Shown here piece after piece: positions 25,116 to 38,011 of a DNA stretch of 50,325 nucleotides. The DNA is from Basidiobolus meristosporus CBS 931.73. Its lineage: Eukaryota > Fungi > Basidiobolomycota. The notes below the pieces were generated by a model. That model did no database searches and had not been told where the DNA came from. It worked only from the letters and a program-made list of their open reading frames with translations. A program made the position numbers and the translations under genes. Numbering within the stretch: position 1 is the first letter of the stretch; the number at the start of each line of letters is the position of its first letter. The stretch lies in the NCBI GenBank assembly GCA_002104905.1, contig MCFE01000642.1, positions 1-50,325 on the forward strand, written 5' to 3'.

Positions 25116-26572
25116 ATGTATGGAAGCGTCCAACAATATCCTTACGATCCCCTTGGGCTACAGGGTGTGCGTGACAAGCTGGAGTTATTGAAGAGCTCGG
25201 GGTCCAGCAAAGTTCGTAAATATTATCAGAATTTGGTGAGTACGCAGGGTCTCTAGGAACGGCTTTTGTACCACCTTCTTAACCACCGCCTCTCAACGTT
25301 GTAGAATGAGACGTTGGATCGCTTCTCGGACGTAGACATGATTCTCGCCCACCACGGCCCTTTCGATACCGACAGTCTTGGTACCGACGATCCGACCGAG
25401 GAGACTCCCTTGAAATTGATCTCCAACCAGCGGAAAACCTCCGAACATTTGATCCGTCTGGCAATCAACATCAGTTTCGTTTTCAACCTTGTTCTGTTCA
25501 TCGTCAAAGTGTACACTGCTATAGCTTCTGGTAGTTTGGTAGTTATCGCCTCCACCATTGGTTAGTGCTCCCTTTGCTGCTATCTGAGGTCTGCCCATTC
25601 CAGTCCTAACCCCTTGATCTTTAAAGACTCCTTCATGGATCTACTCTCGGGTGCCATTATCTTCTATACAGCTACCGTTATTCGTCATGTAAATTATTAC
25701 CATTACCCTATCGGCAAGGTACGACCAGTTCAACCCCTACTTCGAGCTCTGCGATGTATACTTACCAAGGCCGTCTAGTCTCGTATGGAGCCTCTAGGGA
25801 TTATCGTCTTCTCCGCTGTAATGATCACCTGTTTCTTCCAAGTCATGGTGACATCCTTTGAAAACCTACTCAACCCTGAGGCCCCGGAAACGTTGGTACT
25901 GAGCCCGCTGACAATCATGCTATTGTTCAGCAACATCGTGGTCAAATTCTTCTTGTGGCTCTGGTGCCGCACCATGACCTCGAATAGCGTCCAGGCACTT
26001 GCACAAGATCATATGAACGATGTCGTCTTCAACGTCTTCTCCACCATCTTGCCTGTAGTTGGTTAGTATCGACTTGCGTTCACCCTTGGTCGACACTATT
26101 GCTGACAAGCCGTTGTTTAGCGAAATCCTTGAACTGTTACTGGGTTGATCCTTGTGGGGCCATCTGTCTCTCGATCTACATTATTATCGATTGGATCCGA
26201 ACATGCACTGGTATGTCCCAAAGCCAATTCTGCCCACCACAACCTGCTGACTAACGACCCCCTCTAGAAAACATCCGCAGAATGTCTGGCGCTTCGGCCT
26301 CGGCGGAGGACATTCAGCAGTTTACTTACTTGACTTACAGATTCAGCGACAAGATCATAGAGATAGACACCGTACGCGCCTACTATGTCGGAGACCGGTT
26401 GTTCACCGAGATCGATATCGTGCTTCCACCTGATTGCCCACTATCCGAAGCCCACGATATCGGAGAGGGCCTCCAGAATGCGCTAGAGAAGATGGACATT
26501 GTTGAGCGCGCGTTCGTTCATCTTGACTACAACTCGGACCACAAGATCGAGCATCGCCAGGCTCTGCTGTAA
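25116..26572 (+). CDS. Cation diffusion facilitator, Mn-CDF type (MTP8-11-like), multi-exon
   Basis: LAINISFVFNLVLFIVK, SGSLVVIASTIDSFMDLLSG (TM2 DxxxD), YPIGK, MEPLGIIVFS, AQDHMNDVVFN (TM5 DxxxD), DTVRAYY, HDIGEGLQ, ERAFVHLDY. Confidence 0.92.
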
Positions 26573-26920
26573 ACACCAGCCTCCCTGTACAGACCCAACC
26601 TTCCATAGATTTCCATCGTTTCCTCGCGCTACATGCATCCCGTATGGTCCATAGAATTCCCATTTCAATGCCCAAACCCACATTCTACCCTCACCTCCCC
26701 CAATTGTATTGGTCGATTGAATTAAAATCGCTGACTTGGTTAAGCGGGCTAGTGATGCTGACTAGTGATGCTGGCTAATATCTTTATATATTTGAAAGAA
26801 TGTTTGTATGAGATTGGCCTATCAGGTGCTGTAGGTGGCTAATCAGCATTGGCGGCATGCATCCACATTAAAATCCATCTGCTTCCTAATGCGCGCACGT
26901 ATTGAAGTTCTCCGCGAACC

Positions 26921-27871
26921 ATGGACTTCGGGAAACTTAACCAGGCTTTGAACGTTGCCAGCAGCCCTTATTCCGGTGAGTCCGTTTGTTTTTCACCTCG
27001 AGTGGACCCCTGCTAACTTCGTTTCCCCAGGCCACCGCGTCGGCTCCCTCGGTGCGGCCCACACCGTGGAATATTACGTAGACTTTACAGTTAGTTCGCT
27101 TGAGTTGTATGTGAAGCCATGTGAGGACGTGATGAGCTAACCTTTCCACCCAAGTGTCCCTTCTCTCGACGCATTTTCAACACCCTCACCAAGGTATACC
27201 TAACACTCGGTCCCACCCTGGGCCTCTAGAGAAGCTAACCCCTCGCTTGGCTCCAGGAGATCATCCCGTACGTACAGAAAGAATTCGGGGGCAGCGTTCA
27301 GTTTATCCTGCGCCACCAAGTCCAACCGTGGCACCCGCAGAGCACGCTTTTGCACGAGGTAACAGCTCGGACGAAGACTCGGTCACCATCTTGGAACCTT
27401 TCCTCAAGTCAGCACTTGCTTTACAGGCATCCTTGGCCGCGGAGAAGGTCGAACCCAAAAAGTTCATGGCGTACGCGGAGAAATTATTCGACGTACAGAG
27501 AGAGTAAGTCAAGCCGCACATTTGACTCCACTCGGCCCCCTTTCATGCCTTATTTACGCCCTTTCGTCAGCTATTTCGACGAGGCTTGCCATAACCTGAG
27601 CCGTACTCAGATCTACCATTCTTTGGCTGAACACGCGGCATTCCTCGGAATCGACCGAGAGGAGTTTCTGAGTTACCTTCTCATCCCAGACACCGAGCCC
27701 CGTAACAAGGGGAACAAGATCCATGGTGACCTGAAGTACCATATCAAGTTGGCTAGACAGAACGGAATCCACGTATCACCAACCGTCCTTATCGACGGGA
27801 TTATCGACTCCACCGTGTCCAGCTCCTGGGGGCTAAACGAATGGAGAAACTGGTTACAATCGAAGGTATAA
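26921..27871 (+). CDS. Thioredoxin-fold (DsbA-like) protein with a single-Cys CPFS motif, multi-exon
   Basis: GHRVGS...VEYYVDFT/CPFSRRIF, LRHQVQPWHPQSTLLHE, KYHIKLARQNGIHVSPTVLIDG, VSSSW. Confidence 0.8.
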
Positions 27872-27873
27872 AA

Positions 27874-27902
27874 CCTTCCCCTTCCCCTTCCCCTTCCCCT
27901 TC
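27874..27902. repeat. Short (CCTTCC)n-type pyrimidine microsatellite
   Basis: ccttccccttccccttccccttccccttc directly after the stop codon at 27871. Confidence 0.8.
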
Positions 27903-28257
27903 TCGTTCACTCCACATGCTTTTCTACACACCTGAGCTTAATTCATGAGAAATAAACCACTTTCCGGATGTACTCACTAAGGAACTTACTCGCACCAAAA
28001 GTCAAACGCATGGTTACTGGGAAGGGATAGAAATTGCCTGAGAATCAGTGAGCTTGCCAAATCACTAATAAACCTGCCACGACGCTTCATTCGATCTCCA
28101 ACTGAAATGTGCGTCATATCACCTCAGCTACCATCGCTTGGATCACATTTGCTATTCGCGTCTACATCGGCATACAGTTACCGGAGATCTGGTTGCGGTG
28201 GTGTGTTCATACGCTGCTATCTTCTGATGCGTATATTACATTAACCCTATACAATCA

Positions 28258-28374
28258 CCTATCCCACCACGCGAGCCTAATTAACCAAATGTGCCTATTG
28301 AGCAATCTGTCGCCATGCAACCATACTTCCCCTTTCATGAAGAGCTTATTTGATGAGGCTAGATTTCTATAAAA
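28258..28374 (+). promoter_or_regulatory. Conserved upstream block plus TATAAAA of the Met-rich family (copy A)
   Basis: cctatcccaccacgc...taattaaccaaatgtgcctattgagcaatctgtcgccatgc recurs at 29594-29654, 36694-36754, 38739-38799 and 40251-40311. TATAAAA at 28368. Confidence 0.55.
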
Positions 28375-28431
28375 TGCCTGCTTTTGACCTTACCATCTCT
28401 CATCCAACTTCTGATCTACTCCAGCCTAACC

Positions 28432-29052
28432 ATGCAACTGACCTTCTCTCTGCTCTCCTCATACATCCTGATCCAGTCCGCATTGGCCGCCCCAATGCAT
28501 AACCTTGCTACTGGAGTTAGCGCGGTGGCCAAGACCACCTACCAGACTTCAGCTTGCAGGTATCAGTCCGGCTCATGCTCAATGAGATACAAGTCACACC
28601 GGTCCCCAAAGTACATGGAGTCAGAGCAGATGCCAATGATGATGATGCCAGAGCGTCACCGCTACCAGATGATGGAGCAGCCAGAAGACACTTCCATGGA
28701 GGAAGACCCGACCCCAATGGAGATGCAAAGCTACAAAGACACTCCCATGACAATGGATATGGATATGAATATGGACATGAACATGGCCATGTTTGGGATG
28801 CAGCCAAAGCGGGCACTCATGGATGAGATGCGCGGATACTCAACCCAAGAGAGTGGAGCCCTCTCCAAGTCGAACCAGTTCGATCAGGCCCAACACCTCG
28901 ACCAGACGTTGTACCAACCAGCTCAGCCAGTTCAGTCCCAGGTCATCATTCCTCAGTACTTCCCCCGCAGGTGCAGCAGACCCTACAAGAAGTACAGTGG
29001 GTATGGCTGTCGTCACTACAAGATCAGATACTATGGTAGACACGGATATTAG
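28432..29052 (+). CDS. Secreted Met-rich, Tyr-Arg-Cys-tailed protein, copy A (206 aa)
   Basis: Signal peptide MQLTFSLLSSYILIQSALA|AP, about 25 Met, dibasic PKR and PRR, tail CSRPYKKYSGYGCRHYKIRYYGRHGY. Near-identical to four other copies in the window. Confidence 0.8.
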   Translation: MQLTFSLLSSYILIQSALAAPMHNLATGVSAVAKTTYQTSACRYQSGSCSMRYKSHRSPKYMESEQMPMMMMPERHRYQMMEQPEDTSMEEDPTPMEMQSYKDTPMTMDMDMNMDMNMAMFGMQPKRALMDEMRGYSTQESGALSKSNQFDQAQHLDQTLYQPAQPVQSQVIIPQYFPRRCSRPYKKYSGYGCRHYKIRYYGRHGY

Positions 29053-29766
29053 CCTCAAGGTTGAGTTGACTTTAGCTGATCAGCGTAGATGGAATGTGAT
29101 ATAACGTGATACGACAAGTTAATCAATAAACCAAAATCTTCATACTTTTGAGCGGCTCAAAGATATCAGAGCGTTGAGATCAAGGGTGTTCAGTGTGTGC
29201 ATGTCTTTCTCACTAATTACATAACAATCAGCCCTTCCTGAAGCTTGACGAGGTGAGCTATTACAACTCGGTATTAGGCTCAGTAGGAAAGAAGGATATC
29301 GCTACCCAGATATTGGAAATGGGGACTGTAAGTTGATGGGCTGTTACTTCGCGGAAGCCGAGCGTATACCAAACTTGCTACGATGCTTTATTTAATTGCT
29401 GACTGAAATATACGTCATGTAACCACAGCACCCATCACTGGGATCACAGTTATTGTTCGTATCCACATAAACACATATTTACCAGAGATTTGGTTGGGGC
29501 GGTATGTACTATGCAGCAATATCCTAAATGCTTTTTTCAACCAAAAAAAGTAGTTTGGTAGACCTAAGTTGAATTATTGACCCTATGCAATCACCTATCC
29601 CACCACGCAAGTATAATTAACCAAATGTGCCTATTGAGTAATCTGTCGCCATGCTATCATACTCCCCCTCACATGAAAAGCTTGCTTGATGAGGCTAGAT
29701 TTCTATAAAATGACTGCTTTGACCTTACCATCTCTCATCCAACTTCTGATCTACTCCAGCCTGACC

Positions 29767-30393
29767 ATGCAACTGACCTTCTCTCTGCTCTCCTCATACA
29801 TCCTGATCCAGTCCGCATTGGCCGCCCCAATGCATAACCTTGCTACTGGAGTTAGCGCGGTGGCCAAGACCACCTACCAGACTTCAGCTTGCAGGTATCA
29901 GTCCGGCTCATGCTCAATGAGATACAAGTCACACAGGTCCCCAAAGTACATGGAGTCAGAGCAGATGCCAATGATGATGACGATGACAATGCCAGAGCGT
30001 CACCGCTACCAGATGATGGAGCAGCCAGAAGACACTTCCATGGAGGAAGACCCGACCCCAATGGAGATGCAAAGCTACAAAGACACTCCCATGACAATGG
30101 ATATGGATATGAATATGGACATGAACATGGCCATGTTTGGGATGCAGCCAAAGCGGGCACTCATGGATGAGATGCGCGGATACTCAGCCCAAGAGAGCGG
30201 AGCCCTCTCCAAGTCGAACCAGTTCGATCAGGCCCAACACCTCGACCAGACGTTGTACCAACCAGCTCAGCCAGTTCAGTCCCAGGTCATTATTCCTCAG
30301 TACTTCCCCCGCAGGTGCAGCAGACCATACAAGAAGTACAGTGGGTATGACTGTCGTCACTACAAGATCAGATACTATGGCGGACACTATTAG
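29767..30393 (+). CDS. Secreted Met-rich family, copy B (208 aa)
   Basis: Intact ORF near-identical to copy A, ending ...YYGGHY. Confidence 0.8.
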   Translation: MQLTFSLLSSYILIQSALAAPMHNLATGVSAVAKTTYQTSACRYQSGSCSMRYKSHRSPKYMESEQMPMMMTMTMPERHRYQMMEQPEDTSMEEDPTPMEMQSYKDTPMTMDMDMNMDMNMAMFGMQPKRALMDEMRGYSAQESGALSKSNQFDQAQHLDQTLYQPAQPVQSQVIIPQYFPRRCSRPYKKYSGYDCRHYKIRYYGGHY

Positions 30394-30678
30394 CCTTGGC
30401 TTGAACCGATCTGAATGAATGCGATGTGATGTAGTGTAATTGACAAGTTAACCAATAAACCAGAATATGGATTCTTTGGGAATAGTCGCTACTCCTGAAC
30501 GACTCGAGTGTGTCAATGTATTAGCCAAGCCGAATAACTGTTAGCCACGAGATCGCCAAAAATGGACTGGGTCTGTGCTTTGTAAAGTGCTCTATTAGTT
30601 TATTTCACCTCCTGGTTTCTCATTAGTATACCTGTTTGTTTGCCGAGCTTCTCCTGATGCTGGCTAAGCAATAGTGCA

Positions 30679-32256
30679 TCAATAATCATCCACTTTAATG
30701 TCATTTATACCAAACTCCTCATTCTGCTCATAACTTCTAGCATACTCAGCAATGATCAGGTTAGGATCATCTCCGTCAGGCCTTAACGCCTGAACGAAAG
30801 TATTACCCAGGGGGTCATCCAACACAAGGGTCAACTCATGTCCCGGCTCAACAGCAACCGCCTAGAATCTGTCATCAGAAAGAATAGACAACAACACGAG
30901 CAATTACTCTAGCCAACCTTTTTGAGATTCTCGACAAGGGTCTGGACAACCTCCCTCTTGCTAAGGGGAACGGAATCCCCTTGCAGAAATGGAGTACGAG
31001 ACTGAATATTTTGGATCAGGTCCAGCAAGAGCCCCTCAACAGTGGTGTACTTTCCGGCGGAGAGGATGGACTCGAATCGCAGCTCGGGGATGCTTACTTT
31101 ACAAGAATCCGACTTCACCACCTCCCGGGACATATCCTCCCCATCCTTGAGGTGTAGTGTGATGCGTTTCCCTTTGGCAGCAATCGAGCCGGTTGGTTTG
31201 ACTTCATTGTTTTTGTAGCCACACTGTTCGCAAGCGGTGCTCATAACTACGATTTCCTGAAAGTTTGGTACCTTCAATAGACACATACGCGTCTCACATA
31301 TCACCCCACACGAGTAGCAGGGCTCATGAAACACGCTGACGCTGTCAGTCGTCGAAGAGTCGCTCTCTGCCTCGGCGCGTTGGGATCCAACCCCTTCGGA
31401 AGTATCATGTAGGCCGAGGGAGGCATTTTGCTCTTCGGACCGAGTGTAGTGTTTGATGGTGAGTTTAGGATCGACGCTTGGCGGATCCAAACTTTCAATG
31501 AAACTATTTCCGGCCGGATCATCCATGGAAATGGTCAACGGGTTGTGGCGAGTCAAATGATCCTTCATTTTTGCAATCAGGTCTTCTATTTTCTCATGGA
31601 TCTCTGGTTGCATTATCTGGAGCACGAAATGGTTAGTTTACACATGCTCCAAACTCCGTGAGAACACTTGTCTTCAAACATGCCTTACGAATCGCTTGCT
31701 CCATGGAAAGGTCTTCGATGATGCGTAGCAGCAAACCTTCAATGGTGGTCAAGACACCTCTCTTCGAGGTGTTCGGTAGCTCGAGGTCAAGCTCATGCAA
31801 ACGAATGGTGGCATATTCGGACCTCACGATCTGCCGGGAATAGTCCTAACCAGGATAGAAGGTTGGGTTACCTTCGCTGTAGTAGCAGACACACAAAGTG
31901 GTAAAATACCTCTTTGCTATTAAGAACACAGGTGTAGATCGCCCCCTTCTCTTCAAGCGCACCACCATATTGTACTTGGTTATTCTCGTATTCACAAAAT
32001 GGACATTGGAAGTGTACGAGTATGACTTCTTTGAAGTATGGAACCTTCGTTAACATTATCCGAGTTGTTCCCTAGTGTAACACATTAGACTAGAAACAGG
32101 CTACGAAATGGGTCCTGGACAACACTGAAATGGGACAGCATGTCCGACTTTGCGTTTGATAAAAGTATTTACATTGCGTTCGCACTTCATGCATAGGCTC
32201 TCCACCTCGATCACGGGAGTGTCCTCCTTTATGTCAGTGAAAGAGATATCCTCCAT
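30679..32256 (-). CDS. ZPR1: Zinc finger protein ZPR1, multi-exon
   Basis: PVIEVESLCMKC, TKVPYFKEVILVHFQCPFCEYENN, GVLTTIEGLL, DDPAGNSFIE, second finger CYSCG...CEQCGYKNNEVK, KYTTVEGLL, LDDPLGNTFVQ. Confidence 0.95.
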
Positions 32257-32548
32257 ATGAACAACAACTTCCTAACTTGCTCACCGATGTGTTGCCCTTC
32301 AGCACGACCGAAAATCAGTCAACACTGTAGAACACTCGAAGCTCCAGCATGTTTGAATAATATCTACAAAATTGCCATTTCGGGCCGAATTTATCTTTAT
32401 TCAATGTTGGATCATTCCGATCGAAATTCCTGGCTCCAAAATGATGCTAATCTCTGGAATGCTTACATGATTGGTCTGGCTGTGAGTCTTGGTGGGAGTA
32501 TTAAAGGGAAGTTGCTGCTACTGTCCCCTTTCCAAGCAACTGCTCACC

Positions 32549-32845
32549 ATGACCAACTATATTGAACACGTCCTCTTTCTGACACTTGAGCCCATGAGCG
32601 AGGAGGCCTGGGAAGACCTCCACGCTACCTTTATGGCCATGAAGGGACAAGTCCCTGGAATTGTCGACCTGTCAATTGGTAAAAACATCTCCCCCGAACG
32701 TGCACAAGGCTGTACCCACGCACTCCGAGTCTTGTTGGAAGACCAGAAGGCTTTGACCGTTTACGCAGACCACCCCGCTCACGTTCTCTTCAAGAACAAG
32801 CTTCGTCATCAACGCCCACCCATATGTCTGGACTGGAATATCTAA
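32549..32845 (+). CDS. Stress-responsive A/B barrel (Dabb) protein, 98 aa
   Basis: IEHVLFL, VPGIVDLSIGKN, GCTHAL, ALTVYADHPAH, CLDW. Confidence 0.88.
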   Translation: MTNYIEHVLFLTLEPMSEEAWEDLHATFMAMKGQVPGIVDLSIGKNISPERAQGCTHALRVLLEDQKALTVYADHPAHVLFKNKLRHQRPPICLDWNI

Positions 32846-32907
32846 ACCCGCTTCCACCAAATAAACAAATGCTTATCCAAGAAATTTAATAAACCCTCGA
32901 TCATAAG

Positions 32908-33830
32908 CTATATCTCTCGGGTGAGAACAAACTTCTGAATTGCTAGCAAAACCTGGGAGAAGTTCTCGAACGGGACGTATTCCACCTTTTCCTTGATGCA
33001 CCATTCCTCCAAATCCCTCCCCTTCTTTGCAAACAAGATATCGGCCTCGCGTGCGGCCGAGATGTCCGAGAGCCCGTCTCCCACGAATACGAAAACAGCA
33101 TCGGTCCCTAGGGACTCTTTGACTTTCCGCATGGTCAATGATTTATCATGGCCAAACTCACTATTGATGGGATTTGCATCAGTGATGGAAGATACGTCAT
33201 CAGCAAGGAATTGCGCTACCTGTCGTCGTGATAGACCGGCTTCCACTTGTTGTTCTCTATGCGTACTCCATTGGCCTCGACTTGTATTGTGCTTGATAAA
33301 TCAGTCCCAATAAAGGTGTCCAGAAAATCTTGGATCAATGGCCCGATGCCGCTACGTAGCACTCTCGGTTAGTTGAAAGGGGCCGAGCGAGTTCCTTCCG
33401 CCGACCATGTACTTTACCAGCTAACTACGGTCAAAGGCAGGTTTTCCGAATTACAGTATTCAACAAAGTCCTTGAAACTTGGGTCCACATGGGTAGTAGC
33501 TGGGAGAGGTATGCATGTCAGTTTAGCCACCAAACAACCCAGAAGGAGGTTACCTTTCAACAGCTTCAACGCCTCTTCCCAGGAAACGTTGATCCCATCG
33601 AACTCGCGAAGCAAGCCATCTCTGCAAACACGTAAGTACGGTGCGAAAGAGCCGACGGGGGAAACCTCCGGGGATTACCTAAAGTTGAGTGACCCTTGCT
33701 TGATGGCATCGTCGACCAGCTGTTTGGCCTCGGCACCCATACATTGTGTGATCAGGATATCTAAGGAGTCTTCCTTCGTGATCGTTCCGTCGAAATCGGA
33801 AAATAGAAATAAACGATTCGGAGCGAACAT
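32908..33830 (-). CDS. HAD-like phosphatase (MtnX / YNL010W-like), multi-exon
   Basis: FSDFDGTIT motif I, DPSFKDF...LTVVS, GHDKS, FVGDGLSDISAAREADILFAK. Confidence 0.88.
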
Positions 33831-34022
33831 GGTGGACAGTAAAAAACCGGTTGGATTACGGTTCTTATTTTATTATGTTCATTGCTTCCGGATACGCTGA
33901 AAAAAACCTTTCCGGGCGAGATGATTCGCTTACCGGCCATCGATTTCGATGATTCCCATATGACATCTATCCGACCGATGCATTGGATAAATATATCTAG
34001 CATCCTTGCCACATGGGAGGAG

Positions 34023-35283
<1,261 letters not shown>

Positions 35284-35971
35284 GGTGATGATGAAATAAG
35301 AAACAGAACGTAATCCTTGGGAAATTTATAGTGTATATGCAACCCCAGTCAACCCGGGAATTATATTCATGCTAATACAACTTTATAAAAAGAAAATGGT
35401 GAAAATACACATTATTCGAAGATCTCTAGATTCACTAAGGGAGTAATAGTGGTACCCTAACCCTATATCAATGCAGGATCTATATATATAGACTTAATCT
35501 ATCCTGATGAATTGTGACGCACTGCTTATTTAGATTCTGTGTATTTCAATGGAGGTTTAATCAACAAGTTGACCTAAATGATTGGCATCATTTTTTAATT
35601 TGGAAACATAGATAGTTATGGACTTTCAGATAATCCCTAGAAATTAGTATGTGGTCAATGCAATCAATAGAAGTTTCTTAGGCCTAATTCCGGTGATGTC
35701 TTGGATTGGGCGCCTGTTCGTTTCATGCCTGGTTGGCAATACTATAAGCCGGGCCTCACAAGCATTATCCTCTCCACGATGGTGTTGAAAGGTGGAACAT
35801 AGTGTATATCCAAATGTATGGCATGCCATTTTAATAGTAATAACATTCTTTTCTCCTAGGTCTAATGTTGATCTACATAGGTTCAACTCAGATTTAGTAG
35901 CTATTCCAAAAGAATCACACTATATCACATCCAACCTACACTGGTTAGTTTAAGCCAACTCAGCCCCGAGG

Positions 35972-36580
35972 CTAATATCGGTGCCTGCCATAGTATCTGA
36001 TCTTGTAGTGACGACAGCCATAACCACTGTACTTCTTGTAGGGTCTGCTGCACCTGCGGGGGAAGTACTGAGGAATGATGACCTGGGACTGAACTGGCTG
36101 AGCTGGTTGGTACAACGTCTGGTCGAGGTGTTGGGCCTGATCGAACTGGTTCGACTTGGAGAGGGCTCCGCTCTCTTGGGCTGAGTATCCGCGCATCTCA
36201 TCCATGAGTGCCCGCTTTGGCTGCATCCCAAACATGGCCATGTTCATGTCCATTGTCATGGGGGTGTCTTTGTAGCTTTGCATCTCCATTGGGGTCGGGT
36301 CTTCCTCCATGGAAGTGTCTTCTGGCTGCTCCATCATCTGATAGTGGTGACGCTCTGGCATTGTCATCATCATCATTGGCAGCTGTTCTGACTCCATGTA
36401 CTTCGGGGACCTGTGTGACTTGTATCTCATTGAGCATGAGCCGGACTGATACCTGCAAGCTGAAGTCTGGTAGGTGGTCTTGGCCACCGCGCTAACTCCA
36501 GTAGCAAGGTTATGCATTGGGGCGGCCAATGCGGACTGGATCAGGATGTATGAGGAGAGCAGAGAGAAGGTCAGTTGCAT
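35972..36580 (-). CDS. Secreted Met-rich family, copy C (202 aa)
   Basis: Intact ORF with a shorter MD tract, ending ...YYGRHRY. Confidence 0.8.
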   Translation of the reverse strand: MQLTFSLLSSYILIQSALAAPMHNLATGVSAVAKTTYQTSACRYQSGSCSMRYKSHRSPKYMESEQLPMMMMTMPERHHYQMMEQPEDTSMEEDPTPMEMQSYKDTPMTMDMNMAMFGMQPKRALMDEMRGYSAQESGALSKSNQFDQAQHLDQTLYQPAQPVQSQVIIPQYFPRRCSRPYKKYSGYGCRHYKIRYYGRHRY

Positions 36581-38011
36581 AGTTAGGCTGGAGTAGATCA
36601 GAAGTTGGATGAGAAATGGTAAGGTCGAAAGCGGTCATTTTATGACCACCAGTTCTCATCAAGTTAGCTCTCCGTGGGAAGGGGAATATAGTTGCATGGC
36701 GACAGATTACTCAAAAGGCACATTTGGTGAATTAAACTCACGTGGTGGGACAGGCGAACATAGAGGGTCAATATAACAAGCATAGGAGGAAGATAGCCGT
36801 GTCACAAGAGAATAGTGCATAAGCACAACGCCACAACCAGATTCCTGGTAGCTGTATATCTATGTAGATTCCAATAACGATTGTTGTTCAAGTGACGGGT
36901 GTGCCACATGCTTCAAAGTGACAAACCTATTGATTTTATAGTATATCGTACTACTTTGCAGTAATCACGTGTCTTCTGAGGCCGGAGTTCCTAGAGCCAT
37001 CCCAACCATACAATACTTCCTTGTACTATTCAACTGCACACAAGAGGTTTCTTCTCTTCCTTTGTCAACCCGTCACTGTAGCAAGGTTTACAATCGATTT
37101 CCTCTACGGAACAACCTGTGGACTGATATTTCCCCTTGCCAGCATGTCTACAAATGGAGTTTCCATTAATTTAGATGGGTGAGATGAAGAGGTTAGTCCC
37201 ATTAAGCTTTTGTGGTGCTTATCAACAAATGAACCATACAATGGATGGTATGTGATTCCAGATAGCAATATCTTTCTTCCCTTTCAAGCTTATATTCGGT
37301 TGATTTATATGCGGCTAAAGGGAATATATATATACAATGATCCATACCATCTGAAAGTTTGTAGGAATATGCAGCCAATCCTTACATGTACTTCCTTAGT
37401 GGATCGCAAATGTAGAGTGACATCGAGACTATAATACCATAACTTTGACATTGTCTTTGAGCACTAGATTGATGTCAGATGTTATGTAATTCGATATTTG
37501 TAGTACAGGAAATCTTCACCACTGGTAAAAATACAAGAAAATATGTGTACAAAGATGGGCCATTTTGTAACTCTGAAATTTTGAGGTGTGATAATAATCA
37601 TTTGAAGCAAGTGAAACCGGGACTTGACAAACAAAGCCGATATTATTCTTATGTGAAATCACTAGAATCGTAGTAGCACTGATTGCTATTCGACATATAC
37701 TGATGATTACTTGGAGTAACTGTGACATGAGAATAGTATTTTCGTTGTATGTGTTATTGCTCTACCTGTCGAAGTAAGCGCGGATTGGAATAGAATATCT
37801 GGTATTTAAAATCAGAGCGTAAACCTGTATATTGAGGGTGGTTTACATTGCCTGCTCCAAACCTGACCATTGTTGATTCTGATATCCTTGAGTTACTCAG
37901 CAGCGGCACTTATTGTCAAATGATCTAGACTTAGGTTTATTGACAAACGTCAAATTACACTACATCACATCGCATTCGCTCAGATCGATTCCAGCCGACT
38001 CAACCCCAAGA

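Noticed and set aside
27874-27902. Telomere-like repeat
   Set aside because: The unit is CCTTCC rather than CCCTAA, only about five units, and internal.
28517-29104. Overlapping alternative-frame ORFs repeated in each Met-rich copy (MPALAASQ..., MGCSQSGH...)
   Set aside because: They recur only because the DNA is duplicated, and they lack their own start context or recognisable features.
29686-29766. Longer N-termini of the Met-rich copies (MMRLDFYKMTAL...)
   Set aside because: The upstream starts precede or overlap the TATAAAA box and are not conserved in all copies. The signal peptide begins at MQL.
36900-37900. Possible gene between copies C and D (also 35400-35900 and 38900-39400)
   Set aside because: Only short ORFs with frequent stops and no recognisable motif. 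It may be decayed sequence but cannot be called.
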